Shown here in pieces: positions 19,424 through 30,005 of a stretch of 63,397 nucleotides of DNA. Positions within the stretch are counted from its first letter, which is position 1; each line of letters begins with the position of its first letter. This stretch comes from Bacteroidota bacterium. Its GTDB lineage: Bacteria > Bacteroidota > Ignavibacteria > UBA10030. Below the pieces are notes generated by a model that was not told the origin of the DNA, did no database searches, and worked only from the letters and a program-made list of their open reading frames with translations. Where the stretch lies: contig JAFGLB010000076.1 in the NCBI GenBank assembly GCA_016928255.1, forward strand, positions 1 to 63,397, read 5' to 3'. The translations under genes were made by a program, and so were the position numbers.

Positions 19424-22400
19424 ATGCTGATAAAAAAGATTTCTATTTTGTTTATTCTTTTTGTTCTTATTACTCCGCAAATTCTTAATTCACAGCGGAA
19501 TAGAATCCGATTTGAAAAACTGACAAGCGCGCAAGGACTTTCCCAGAGTTCGGTTTTATCCATATGTCAGGATTATAAAGGTTTCTTGTGGTTCGGAACA
19601 TACGACGGTGTGTGCCGGTATGATGGTTATCAGTTTAAGTATTTTAAACACAATATAAACGATTCGACCAGCCTGAGTCAAAATTCAGTAAGGTATATTT
19701 TTGAAGACAGAGAAGGCATCCTCTGGATAAGCACGGAATTCGGACTGAATGCTTTTGATTACCGGACGGAGAAATTTAAAGTCTATATTACGAATCCGAA
19801 AAAGCCGGATAACCTCACAGATAACCGTACAAGGCGAATTTTCGGAGCGTCAAACGGCGACCTGTGGATATGCACCGACAACGGATTGACAAAACTTGAT
19901 AGCGGGCGAAATATATTTACAAGGTATTATCATGATCCGAACAATACGAATTCAATCAGCGGTAATTTTATCCGGGTTGTTTTCGAGGACAGCCTTGGCA
20001 ATATATGGATCGGCACAGATCAAGGTTTGGATATAATCGATAATAAAACAGGTGATTTTATACATTACAAGCATAATCCGAAGGATCATAACAGCATAAG
20101 CGATAATTGTATTACGTGTATAGAAAAGGATAATAGGGGAGCGATATGGATTGGAACACATTACGGTGGTTTGAACAGGCTCGATCCCGGGAGCAGCAGG
20201 TTCATACACTACGAGTACAATCCCGGTGACCCTCATCATGTAAGCAATAATTATTTCTCTGATTTGCTGGTCGATCAATCGGGTACGCTTTGGGGAACGA
20301 CGTACGGCGGCGGACTGGTGAAATACGATCGAAAAAATGATCGGTTTATTAATTACCAGATGAATAAATTTGATCCTGACGGTATCAGCAGCAATCTGAT
20401 TCATTGTATATATGAGGATCGGACGGGCATAATTTATTTAGGCACAGATTTTGGCGGAATCAACAAGATTAATACGAAAAAAAGCCAATTTCTGCATTAT
20501 GAATTTGATCCCTTGAATCCAAGAAGCCTCTTTAATGCCAACGTAAGTTGTTTTTATGAAGATGTTAAAGATGGCGGAAGATCAATCTGGATTGGCACAA
20601 GGGGCGGCGGTTTGGCTTTTTTTAACAGGACAAAGGAGGAATTCTTTTCCTATTATCATAATCCTGATGCTCCCAATACAATGGGCAATGATGATATACG
20701 ATGCATAACGAAAGATAGGAAGGGATTTATATGGGCAGGGACAAGCAACGGTATAAGTCGTTTTGATCCGGTGAAAAAGAAATTTCGTCAGTACTTTTTT
20801 AATGTGAATAATAAACGCGGACTTGCACATTACATGGTATTCGGAATTTATGTGGATAAAGAAGGAATTTTATGGATCGCGACGAACGGAGGAGGTTTAG
20901 ACAGGTATAATGAAGCGGAGGACGGTTTTATACATTATCAATTTGATCCGCAAAATCCGAACAGCATCAGCGATAATTATTTATGGTGCATATTGGAGGA
21001 TAATTCCAGAAGGCTATGGATCGGAACGAATACCGGCGGACTCAACTGCTTTGACAAAACAAGGCAGAAATTCATACATTACAAACACGAACCCAAGAAT
21101 CTTAACAGTTTAAGCGACAACAAGGTGCTGTGTCTATGCCAGGATCATGAAGGTATATTGTGGATTGGCACAGCCGGAGGCGGATTAAACAGGTTTGATC
21201 CGGCGAAGAATAAATTTTCAGCTTATTATGAAAATAACGGCCTGTCTTCGAATACCATACATGCAATTGTCGAAGACGAACAGTATAACCTGTGGATCAG
21301 CACAAATAAAGGCCTTTCAAAATTTGACCGCAGAACGGAGAGTTTCAGAAATTTCACGGTCTATGACGGACTGCAGGACAATGAGTTTCATGTGAATTCT
21401 GCATATAAGAGTCTTACCGGCGAAATATTTTTTGGCGGCAGAAACGGATTCAATATATTTAATCCGAAAAAACTGGAAGAAAACAGCAGTGAACCGCAAA
21501 TAGCTTTAACTGATTTTCGCCTTTTTAACAAATCGATACCGATCGGGCCGGGTTCAGATGGACGGTACCTTCTTAAGGCAGCGATATCCGAAACGAACAG
21601 AATAGACCTTTCATACAAAGACGAAGTGATTTCTTTTGAATTTGCAGCGTTAGATTATTCTGTTCCCCAGCAAAACATGTATGCGTATATAATGGAAGGT
21701 TTTGACAGACATTGGAACTTTATTGGCAACAGGCGCTATGCAACCTATACAAAACTTAATCCGGGCAGATATATTTTTAAAGTAAAAGGTTCAAATAACA
21801 ATGGTATATGGAATAATGCGGGAACTTCACTGGAGATAGTCATTGATCCGCCTTTTTGGGAGACGTGGTGGCTGCGGTCAATGGTAATTCTGGGAGTAAT
21901 CGGCTTATTGATTTCTGGGTATAAGGTAAGAACCTCACGTATACGTGCACAGAACAGAAAGCTGCAGCAAAAGGTGCAAGAACGGACGGCCCAGCTTGAA
22001 GCATCAAATAAGGCTCTTGAATCGTTTGCATTTTCTGTATCGCATGATCTGCGCACACCTCTCCGGACAATAGAAGACTATACAACGACTCTTAAAAATG
22101 ATTATAATCATCTTTTTGATGAACCAGGGAAAGCCATTTTTTCAGTCGTAAGCGAACAGGCAAAACGGCTGGTGGTTATGATAGACGAATTGCTGGAATT
22201 TTCCCGAGTCTCATATTCGTCTATGAATATGTCGGTTATCGATATGGTGAAGCTTGCAGAAACAGTATTCAAAGAACTCACTTCCGAGGAAGCACGCGAG
22301 CGGATCACACTGCATCTCGGCAGACTTCCCGAAGCGTATGGAGATCCGATTTTAATCCGCCAGGTTTGGCTGAATTTAATCTCAAATGCAATAAAATATT

Positions 22401-22684
22401 CTTCAAAAAAAGAAAGTGCTGTTATAGCTATCGAAGGCAGGCAGTGCGAAAATGAGATTATATATAAGGTAGAGGATTCCGGTACCGGATTTGACATGCA
22501 GTACGCAGAAAAAATATTCGATGTATTTAAACGCCTCCATAAAGTACAGGATTTCGAAGGAACAGGAGTGGGACTCGCAATTGTTCGGAATATTGTCAGC
22601 CGGCATGGAGGCAGAGTATGGGCAGAGGGTGAAATTGGCAAAGGAGCCAAATTTTATTTTTCGCTTCCGCTGACAGTCTCTTAA
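19424..22684 (+). CDS. sensor histidine kinase with periplasmic two-component-regulator propeller repeats plus a Y_Y_Y domain
   Basis: Signal/TM, then many repeats of LWIGT..GL..fd. Y_Y_Y-like YAYIMEGFDRHWNFIG...PGRYIFKVKGSNNNGIWN, a TM helix, H-box FAFSVSHDLRTPLRTI, N-box LISNAIKYS, G-boxes DSGTGFD and GTGVGLAIV. No receiver or HTH. Confidence 0.9.
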   Translation: MLIKKISILFILFVLITPQILNSQRNRIRFEKLTSAQGLSQSSVLSICQDYKGFLWFGTYDGVCRYDGYQFKYFKHNINDSTSLSQNSVRYIFEDREGILWISTEFGLNAFDYRTEKFKVYITNPKKPDNLTDNRTRRIFGASNGDLWICTDNGLTKLDSGRNIFTRYYHDPNNTNSISGNFIRVVFEDSLGNIWIGTDQGLDIIDNKTGDFIHYKHNPKDHNSISDNCITCIEKDNRGAIWIGTHYGGLNRLDPGSSRFIHYEYNPGDPHHVSNNYFSDLLVDQSGTLWGTTYGGGLVKYDRKNDRFINYQMNKFDPDGISSNLIHCIYEDRTGIIYLGTDFGGINKINTKKSQFLHYEFDPLNPRSLFNANVSCFYEDVKDGGRSIWIGTRGGGLAFFNRTKEEFFSYYHNPDAPNTMGNDDIRCITKDRKGFIWAGTSNGISRFDPVKKKFRQYFFNVNNKRGLAHYMVFGIYVDKEGILWIATNGGGLDRYNEAEDGFIHYQFDPQNPNSISDNYLWCILEDNSRRLWIGTNTGGLNCFDKTRQKFIHYKHEPKNLNSLSDNKVLCLCQDHEGILWIGTAGGGLNRFDPAKNKFSAYYENNGLSSNTIHAIVEDEQYNLWISTNKGLSKFDRRTESFRNFTVYDGLQDNEFHVNSAYKSLTGEIFFGGRNGFNIFNPKKLEENSSEPQIALTDFRLFNKSIPIGPGSDGRYLLKAAISETNRIDLSYKDEVISFEFAALDYSVPQQNMYAYIMEGFDRHWNFIGNRRYATYTKLNPGRYIFKVKGSNNNGIWNNAGTSLEIVIDPPFWETWWLRSMVILGVIGLLISGYKVRTSRIRAQNRKLQQKVQERTAQLEASNKALESFAFSVSHDLRTPLRTIEDYTTTLKNDYNHLFDEPGKAIFSVVSEQAKRLVVMIDELLEFSRVSYSSMNMSVIDMVKLAETVFKELTSEEARERITLHLGRLPEAYGDPILIRQVWLNLISNAIKYSSKKESAVIAIEGRQCENEIIYKVEDSGTGFDMQYAEKIFDVFKRLHKVQDFEGTGVGLAIVRNIVSRHGGRVWAEGEIGKGAKFYFSLPLTVS

Positions 22685-22972
22685 AACCATTACTTTCAAG
22701 CAGAAAAAGCTGCTGCCGGTTCGATAATGGAACACGCATTTATCATTCAATATATAAGCCGAATCTCTATAAGCGTTAATTTATTTTAATAATAAATATT
22801 AATTCAGCTGTCAATCGGTAATAATTCTATTTTTCCCGTCTTTGGAACAAAACATATTTGATGAAGTCTAACCTTTACTGTTATAAACCGCAGAAAAAGG
22901 CCGTAGAATCTTGCAATCCGACGTAAAAAATGTATATTAAACAAAAATCCACAAGTGAAAGGCAATGTACAT

Positions 22973-25342
22973 ATGAGAATCCACCGTGTAATCCCTGTCG
23001 TATTTATTCTTCTCAGCGGTTGTGCGACATTTCAGGAATTAGTGCCTGTCCCTCCGCTTCAGCCGCAGGAAAGAGGTTATATCGAACTCAAAAATGATGA
23101 AGAAGATTTTATCCTCCAGCAGGACAAAAAATACTTTATAAAGTTTCCGGGTCCGCTTGATGAAAATGTTTATTTGGTTTTGCAGACAAATGCAAAAAGA
23201 TCCGTCCATAATTACTTTACATCATCGTTCAATGAAGGTCAGGAACCGATTTCCAAGGTCACGGACGAGGCAGCGGACCAGAATGATCTTTGCCTTTTCC
23301 CGGTCAATACAACGATACCCGTATACTATTGGGTTATCGATAAAGTCGATCAGGAAACGCAGTTAAGTATCCGCTACCGGTATGTACAAAAATGGCGGTT
23401 TACTGTCGAGAATAAATATGATACGTACCGCCGCCTGCTTGATGAAAACAGTGCCGACAGGAGAGAGTATAATCAGATGGGTCCTCAGTATGATTTTGCT
23501 TCTTTGGATGCTGCGATTGAACAGCAAAAAGTTGAGGTCAAGCACAAATTGCTGTCGGACATGCAGGATGAACTAACAGCGGTTGAAAAGTTGTTCCCGA
23601 AAAATATAAGCGCTTCGTCCGATACTATGTATAAAAAATATAATGAGCTGTGCGGAGATACAAAAGAAGAACTGAAATTCCAGACCGACTATATTCATTT
23701 ACTTAACGTTATTCAGCAGGAACGTTCTACAAAGTACAATTTTAAAGCTTTTATGGGCCATTACAAGGACTATGAGAAATTCCTTAAGAATAAAAGCAGT
23801 TACCGGACGCCTATAGTGGAGCATTACAAGAACGTATTCTTGGATCGCCTTGATGAAGCTTTTCCGTTGTTTGATAATCAGTTAAAGAAAAAAGACGATA
23901 TTTCTGTCATAGATCTTGATCCGTCGATTGATAACGTGGAAAAATTATTCACAGCCTGCGGCAAGCAAATGCCGGCAAACCTGAAGGGAATCCGCAGTTA
24001 TGTGGATGAATTCAATATTCCGGCAAAATGGATAAGAGACGGCGAAGCTATCTACGAGTCTGCGGGTCCTGCCTCTCATCAAAAATCTCCGTGGCCCGAT
24101 AATACTTATTATCCTGAATTGATAATGAAGCTTGAAAAAGCAAGAAGCGGAAGTCCTGAATATAATCTTGACAAGTTCGACAGGTACAGGAACCCGGTTA
24201 TAAATCAGCTTTTCAGCGACGGCATTCAGAATATGAAGCAGAAAGTCAGCCAGCGGCAGAATCAATTTCAGAGGGCTGCTGATGCTGTCCGGCAGGTTAA
24301 TGAACTCAAACCCGGCGGTGATTACAAGAGGATGATTCAGGTTCTCAGAGCTAATCGCGATCTGACATTTCTTGCAGATCAATATCCTGATCTTGACGGA
24401 TTAATGATGAAGAGCATATCAGACCGGATCCGTGAGCGCTTGAATGCCGGCGACTGGGTGGGAAGTGAAGAGGGGCTGTATGCTTTATTGGACGAGCAGA
24501 ATTTTCTCAATGCTTCGAAAATATCTGCCGCCAAGCTCAAGACCGCACAATCGCTTGAATCTGAATTATTCGAGCGGATAAAGAAGCTTTCGTACGAGCG
24601 TGTAGATAATTTTGCCAAAATGCATGAATCGACGATTAATAATGTAGAAGGTCTTTATGCCGATTCGTCATTTCTTCCTGTCTATACATTAATATTCAGT
24701 TCGGAATCTCCGGAACGTGCTGCACAAAAACGCCGTACAATTGAGAATTATCTGAATGAAGTAAAAACAATCAGATTCCCGGAAAAAAGCATAAAGAACA
24801 TTTACAGTGATTTAACGAAGGCACCGCGTGATCATGGAGTCGATAAAGCGCATGCCGTTCTTGCTCATGCAAAATACTATAACGGGCAGGATAAATCGGT
24901 CAGGAATATTATCGATGAATGCGATCCAAGAATTGCCAAACCGCTTGTTAAGGCAAAGGAATACAGAAGAATTCTGGTTGTTCCTGTAAACGACAAGCCG
25001 AAAGCCACAAATGAGTATATGTTGCGTATAAACGTAAAGATACCGTCGGATGCGAAATTTCCTGTGTACGACATCAATATAAAAGTCCCGCCGGCTATTG
25101 CAGAAAAAGCCGGCAGCAGGCAATGGTTTACTCAAATGCTTTTGAATAAAAAGGTTATTAAAACAGAAGGACATATGCGCATAACTGCACCTTCTGCGGA
25201 TAATAATTATGAAGCACAGATCACGCCGGTGGATATTCCGAAGGACGGCGAAAATATCATTGAGGTGCAGTTCAATTATCCTGCATTCCAGTTGTTTGAA
25301 GTAAGCGTTATGGCCCAGGTGCCGATCATACGTAAAAACTGA
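22973..25342 (+). CDS. large lipoprotein, unknown function (mostly helical-looking)
   Basis: ATG 22973 inside ORF 22955..25342 gives MRIHRVIPVVFILLSGC with a lipobox. No motif I recognise. First gene of the 22973-31502 operon. Confidence 0.75.
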   Translation: MRIHRVIPVVFILLSGCATFQELVPVPPLQPQERGYIELKNDEEDFILQQDKKYFIKFPGPLDENVYLVLQTNAKRSVHNYFTSSFNEGQEPISKVTDEAADQNDLCLFPVNTTIPVYYWVIDKVDQETQLSIRYRYVQKWRFTVENKYDTYRRLLDENSADRREYNQMGPQYDFASLDAAIEQQKVEVKHKLLSDMQDELTAVEKLFPKNISASSDTMYKKYNELCGDTKEELKFQTDYIHLLNVIQQERSTKYNFKAFMGHYKDYEKFLKNKSSYRTPIVEHYKNVFLDRLDEAFPLFDNQLKKKDDISVIDLDPSIDNVEKLFTACGKQMPANLKGIRSYVDEFNIPAKWIRDGEAIYESAGPASHQKSPWPDNTYYPELIMKLEKARSGSPEYNLDKFDRYRNPVINQLFSDGIQNMKQKVSQRQNQFQRAADAVRQVNELKPGGDYKRMIQVLRANRDLTFLADQYPDLDGLMMKSISDRIRERLNAGDWVGSEEGLYALLDEQNFLNASKISAAKLKTAQSLESELFERIKKLSYERVDNFAKMHESTINNVEGLYADSSFLPVYTLIFSSESPERAAQKRRTIENYLNEVKTIRFPEKSIKNIYSDLTKAPRDHGVDKAHAVLAHAKYYNGQDKSVRNIIDECDPRIAKPLVKAKEYRRILVVPVNDKPKATNEYMLRINVKIPSDAKFPVYDINIKVPPAIAEKAGSRQWFTQMLLNKKVIKTEGHMRITAPSADNNYEAQITPVDIPKDGENIIEVQFNYPAFQLFEVSVMAQVPIIRKN

Positions 25343-25368
25343 TCTCTCATTATTTAACGGCATAAACT

Positions 25369-27093
25369 ATGAAAACGAAAATTATTATTGGTGCTGTTGC
25401 TGCAATTCTTATCGCCGGCGGTTTGTGGTATTTCCTGACACAATCGGAATTAGCCGATACTGTGGCTTTTCCGTACATCGCCCATCAAAAACCGGCAATC
25501 GATCCGCATCTTCCAAGCTCGACCGCCATGGCGGATAAGCTGGATGATGTTATGTTCGACGGATTATTCAATCTTACTGCTACGCCAAGCGGTGTAATTT
25601 TTGAGAACGGGCTTGGTGAGTTTATCGGCATCAACGGAGATATCGTCACTATTCGGCTGAAATCAGGCTGTTACTGGCACGATTCCTATCAGGCCTTCAT
25701 CGACGATGAGGATGTGACATTGCAGGAAAAAAAGATGCATGAATTTACGGCAAAGGATCTTGCATTTACGCTAAAGCGTATCCAGAGTCTCGGCAGCCTT
25801 TCGCCGGATTATATTCTTGTAGGACAGGCGCTTCCTGTGATGGAATTTGTAGGTCCGAATGAGAGGAATGAAATCAGTTTCAGATTCCGTGAAAACCGGC
25901 TGTGGATAGAATCCGATATCAAAGAAGTCCTTTCATTTAAAATTCTGCCGGATAATTCCGATATGAATGCACTGACTTATTCGGTGGGCACTACTCCTTA
26001 TATGAAAGTCCCCGATTATGAAAACATCATTCGTTTTTACGCAACTCAGAGCGGCGGTGCGTCGATTGGCAAAGTTCATCTGGTACCCTATGTTGATAAC
26101 AGTACGTTTACAACCGAACTGCGCAATGAAAATATAAATGTACTGCTTGAGACACCGTTTGGAAGCTTATCGCCGATCCTGCAGGAGCAGGATGATTTCT
26201 TCGCAAAATCAAATGTAAGCTCTACATTCTTTGCGGTGCTGTTTAATACGCAGCGCCTTAACAGGGACCAGCGGATAGAACTGCGAAGACTTCTGAATAA
26301 TAAAGAAATCGTGAACCGCTTCTTTAAAGTGGGCACAGAACAGCAGCGGCACATAATCGATTTCAAAGGGAATTATGACAATTATACTGAACTGCTGAAT
26401 GATATAGTCTTTCCGACTTCATCATATTACGTTCAGGAAAAAATCGTTGAGCGGGTGCGCGATGAAAACTTTCCAAACCTGTCTATCTTGCCTGATACCG
26501 TGCGGATCAAAGCATGCTTGAACTACGGTTATCGTGAAGAGTATTCAGATCTGATAGAAATTCTAAATGATCGGGCAATAACACAGGGAAAAGTAAAAGC
26601 GACTGCCGTCCAGAACAGCGATATAAAACAGGGTGATTATGATGCAGTACTGGTTGCTATAAGCGGATACCGCAGTAATTTCCTTTTTGATCTGTACAGT
26701 ATTTTTCTGAGAGAACCGGATCTTGAGACTTATAAAGTCAATTTGCAGACAACGATGAACGAAAAAGGCGAACTGGTTGTTAATCCGGCTTCTTTTAAAG
26801 AAAACCGTAATTTCCTTAATCTTGATCCGGCAGTGAATGCCGCGGAGCGGAATGATATTATTCTCTTCCTTGATGATATGTATAATTTTATGTCCACTCA
26901 TCATGTCGGCGATAAGCAGGAATATGCCAGGCGTGTTGCGGCAGATGAAAACAAGATGGCACTCGGCGCATGGTTTTTCTCGCTGCCGTCGACAGCTTAC
27001 TTCAGTACACAGTTCGACAGCACAAGTATTGATCTGTACGGCGTTGCGTCGCAATTGTCGACCTTGAAGAAATGGAAAGAATCTCAGAATTAA
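25369..27093 (+). CDS. membrane-anchored family-5-like (Opp/Dpp-type) substrate-binding protein, highly divergent
   Basis: N-terminal TM helix. Size (574 aa) and the N-terminal block ...IDPHLPSSTAMADKLDDVMFDGLFNL resemble SBP_bac_5. Operon context is two permeases plus an ATPase. Confidence 0.55.
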   Translation: MKTKIIIGAVAAILIAGGLWYFLTQSELADTVAFPYIAHQKPAIDPHLPSSTAMADKLDDVMFDGLFNLTATPSGVIFENGLGEFIGINGDIVTIRLKSGCYWHDSYQAFIDDEDVTLQEKKMHEFTAKDLAFTLKRIQSLGSLSPDYILVGQALPVMEFVGPNERNEISFRFRENRLWIESDIKEVLSFKILPDNSDMNALTYSVGTTPYMKVPDYENIIRFYATQSGGASIGKVHLVPYVDNSTFTTELRNENINVLLETPFGSLSPILQEQDDFFAKSNVSSTFFAVLFNTQRLNRDQRIELRRLLNNKEIVNRFFKVGTEQQRHIIDFKGNYDNYTELLNDIVFPTSSYYVQEKIVERVRDENFPNLSILPDTVRIKACLNYGYREEYSDLIEILNDRAITQGKVKATAVQNSDIKQGDYDAVLVAISGYRSNFLFDLYSIFLREPDLETYKVNLQTTMNEKGELVVNPASFKENRNFLNLDPAVNAAERNDIILFLDDMYNFMSTHHVGDKQEYARRVAADENKMALGAWFFSLPSTAYFSTQFDSTSIDLYGVASQLSTLKKWKESQN

Positions 27094-27992
27094 TGAAATG
27101 TAATTATCGATGGGGCGGCTGTAAACGCCGCCTCTTTGTTATCCTTTTTTTCGCTGCATCATTTGCTGTATTATTCCTCACACCTGCAGTTTCCCAGATA
27201 TACGATGTTATCCTGATTGAAAAGCCGCGTAGTCTGACGATCTATGATGCCTTCCAGCAATCGACGACTTCATCTCAGCTGTCTAATTTTCTCCCTTTTG
27301 TTCCTATGAAGGTTTTAAAAGCCCGCGATATTCTTGGCGACGGATTTACGCGCTGCATGAGAGTGGAAATTGACGGAAAGACATATTTTCTGCTAATCGG
27401 AGAAGAAGGAAGGCTTACAGGCTGGAACAAGGCCGGTGAAACTAAAACGTTTAAAGACAAAGAATGCTTGGCGGACACAATTACAGTTCTCGCATCGCAA
27501 AAGATTGCTTTCAGGAATTATTCAAATGGAAGACAAAGTTACTTGTCTGCAGGCGACCGCTGTGTCAGGTTTTTCAGACATGACGGATCCATATATGTAA
27601 AACTTATCGGAAAAGATCAGAAATTCGGATGGATAAAGACCAGCAGCGGTGATGAAGGCAAATTATGGAAGATCGTTCGAACAGCAGCTTCGCAGCCGGA
27701 GTTGTCCGCGGCATTGCGGGAGAGAATAACAGGGCGGATCCAGCAGGTAAACAGGACACTGATGCAGATATATTCTGTACTCAACAAGGAAACCAGCAGG
27801 GGAATGGCAGTTCCTCAGTGGCAGCAATATCCGCAGTCTGAAATACTGGGTTTTGTTTTTATTCCGGGAAAAGCGGTGGAAGTTTATCCGCAAAGCGTTG
27901 AAATATTAAAATCCGCCCTGCAGACATATCTACTAGGAACAAATTATAATGTTATAATTTCCGGAAACAGGATGGAAATAAAACAAAGATGA
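27093..27992 (+). CDS. secreted or anchored protein, unknown function
   Basis: ATG 27093 overlaps the upstream TAA (taATGa). A hydrophobic N-terminus LFVILFFAASFAVLFL follows. No recognisable domain. Confidence 0.65.
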   Translation: MKCNYRWGGCKRRLFVILFFAASFAVLFLTPAVSQIYDVILIEKPRSLTIYDAFQQSTTSSQLSNFLPFVPMKVLKARDILGDGFTRCMRVEIDGKTYFLLIGEEGRLTGWNKAGETKTFKDKECLADTITVLASQKIAFRNYSNGRQSYLSAGDRCVRFFRHDGSIYVKLIGKDQKFGWIKTSSGDEGKLWKIVRTAASQPELSAALRERITGRIQQVNRTLMQIYSVLNKETSRGMAVPQWQQYPQSEILGFVFIPGKAVEVYPQSVEILKSALQTYLLGTNYNVIISGNRMEIKQR

Positions 27993-29125
27993 AGATTTTA
28001 AGAATACTGCATAAAGAGCATTCCAGCCTCCGCACGAGGCTGCTTATTCATTGCGCGGGTATTCTGCTCATGGCCTGCATATTTTGGATTTTCATTTCTA
28101 TGTATGAAATATCGCGGGTTGAATCAAGACAAAGCGAAAAAGAAATTCAAAAGTATCTGGACCTGAATTATATTGATTTCGGCAATCCGCTGGATCGGAC
28201 ACTGTTTCGTGAATCGCTGGAAATATTTTATAAAGGACAGACTCAAAGAAACGATTCGTTATTAACGGCGATAGATAATTTGAGGCAGAGGCAATTTTCG
28301 GATCCTTCATATAAAACAGTTGAAAATCCGAATGGTTTAACATGGCAGGTTCTTCAAAAATTAGGCGGTATGTATCTGCAGTTTATTGCGGTGTATGCAG
28401 TTGTACTTCTGGTTATATATTTTGCCGCTCAAAGAATAGCCGTGTACAGGTTTATCAAAATGAAGCAGCACCGCGAATCTTATATATCCCAGGCGTTTGA
28501 TATTGTTACAGGTGCTGATAAAAAGAGCGCAGGCAAAGCTGCAGCTTTGATTATAAAAGCGTTTCTAAAAGGTATGCTTTATATGCTTCTTTTTTCGCCG
28601 GCTTATGTAATCGCATATTCTGTAAAGACGACAATTGATACAAGTTCGGTGATATTTATGATACTGCTTGGAATTATTTCCAACGGCGTTCTTATACATA
28701 CCGCCAATAAATTTTTCACTTTTCTGACAGGCGAAAGCAGAAAAGGGTATATACAAACTGCGGTTGTAAAGAATCTTAATGCATCATACGAATGGAATGC
28801 TCCGGAAGGCATCCCGATAAAAACCATGCTGCATATTAAACACGGACTGCGGTCTCACGTATTCCAGGCGATATTTGAAAACGCGCGGTTCCAGTTTATT
28901 CCGGCATTAAAAGAGCATGCATCTTTCCTGGTTACAGGATTAATTATCATTGAAATGGCGCTGAATATACAGGGGCATTTCTGTTATGTACTTCTTCAGC
29001 AAATCCTTTACCGTCAGTACGATATTGCAGCTGTTATTATTTTCGGTATTTTTTTGGCCGTTAAATTAACGGAAATAGTAATTGATATCTGGGAATACAT
29101 GGAAAAGAAAAAATATGGATATTAA
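27989..29125 (+). CDS. ABC transporter permease, DppB/OppB-like, divergent
   Basis: ATGA overlap with the upstream stop. TM1, a large loop and a further TM bundle. GESRKGYIQTAVVKNLNAS sits where DppB/OppB have the ..Y(I/V)RTARAKGL.. (EAA-loop) motif. Confidence 0.6.
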   Translation: MKILRILHKEHSSLRTRLLIHCAGILLMACIFWIFISMYEISRVESRQSEKEIQKYLDLNYIDFGNPLDRTLFRESLEIFYKGQTQRNDSLLTAIDNLRQRQFSDPSYKTVENPNGLTWQVLQKLGGMYLQFIAVYAVVLLVIYFAAQRIAVYRFIKMKQHRESYISQAFDIVTGADKKSAGKAAALIIKAFLKGMLYMLLFSPAYVIAYSVKTTIDTSSVIFMILLGIISNGVLIHTANKFFTFLTGESRKGYIQTAVVKNLNASYEWNAPEGIPIKTMLHIKHGLRSHVFQAIFENARFQFIPALKEHASFLVTGLIIIEMALNIQGHFCYVLLQQILYRQYDIAAVIIFGIFLAVKLTEIVIDIWEYMEKKKYGY

Positions 29126-30002
29126 TACATCTATAAGAAAATTCGGTTTTCAGGATCTTTTTAACAGGAAAGATCTTCTCTGGCTGATAATATGGATTGC
29201 CGGACTCGGATTACTCTGGATCTGGAATGCATTATTTCTTAACGCCCCAGCGTTCGCCCGGCTGCAGACTGCATTCCTGAACAGCCTCTTGACCGGGATG
29301 ATGGTTGTTGTTTTTTCTCTCGTTCTTGGATGGATTACCGGCGTATCGCTTCACCTGCTCGAAAGATCGGAATTAAAAACAGGTTTTGCAATTTTATCGT
29401 TTGTAACCGATATGCTTAGATCGATTCCACAGATCATTGCAGTACTGATAGGATATGTGATTCTGACGATGCTGCTTTATAAAGGAATTATTCAATCATC
29501 GTTCATTCAGTTAATATGGATTGCGGGGACAATTTCTATTGCGGTATTCCTGGAAGTTGCCGATACAATTAAACAACGTATTGACTATTACCGGACTCTC
29601 GATTTTGTCGATGCAATGCTCTGCTGCGGTATTAAAATAAGAAGAATAATCAATATAGAGATTCTCTGGAAAAACAGCAAAAGCCATTTACTGCATAAAT
29701 TAATAGCGATTTTTGGTGTATCTATATTCCTGCAATGCAGTATCGATTTTATAATTTCTGTCGGGCTTTCTACGGATGTGAGTTTAATAAATTTTCCCAT
29801 GACACTCGGGAACCTGCTTGCAAACGTGGACAGCAAGCAGGATATTCTCGCCCTGAGCAATCTTTTTACAGATCTTGGGTATTTACCTGAAATATTTAAG
29901 CGGCATCTTCAGGGATTAAGTGTGGCGTCCTGCATCGTTTTTTCACTGCTGTGTATTTATATGATTGCCAATGGATTTGTTAGGCGCAAAAAATTGATAT
30001 AA
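29115..30002 (+). CDS. ABC transporter permease, DppC/OppC-like, divergent
   Basis: ATG 29115 overlaps the upstream gene by 11 nt. LDFVDAMLCCGIKIRRIINIEILWKN parallels the DppC motif ..FVEAARALGAS..RII.RHILPN. Confidence 0.6.
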   Translation: MDINTSIRKFGFQDLFNRKDLLWLIIWIAGLGLLWIWNALFLNAPAFARLQTAFLNSLLTGMMVVVFSLVLGWITGVSLHLLERSELKTGFAILSFVTDMLRSIPQIIAVLIGYVILTMLLYKGIIQSSFIQLIWIAGTISIAVFLEVADTIKQRIDYYRTLDFVDAMLCCGIKIRRIINIEILWKNSKSHLLHKLIAIFGVSIFLQCSIDFIISVGLSTDVSLINFPMTLGNLLANVDSKQDILALSNLFTDLGYLPEIFKRHLQGLSVASCIVFSLLCIYMIANGFVRRKKLI

Positions 30003-30005
30003 CAA

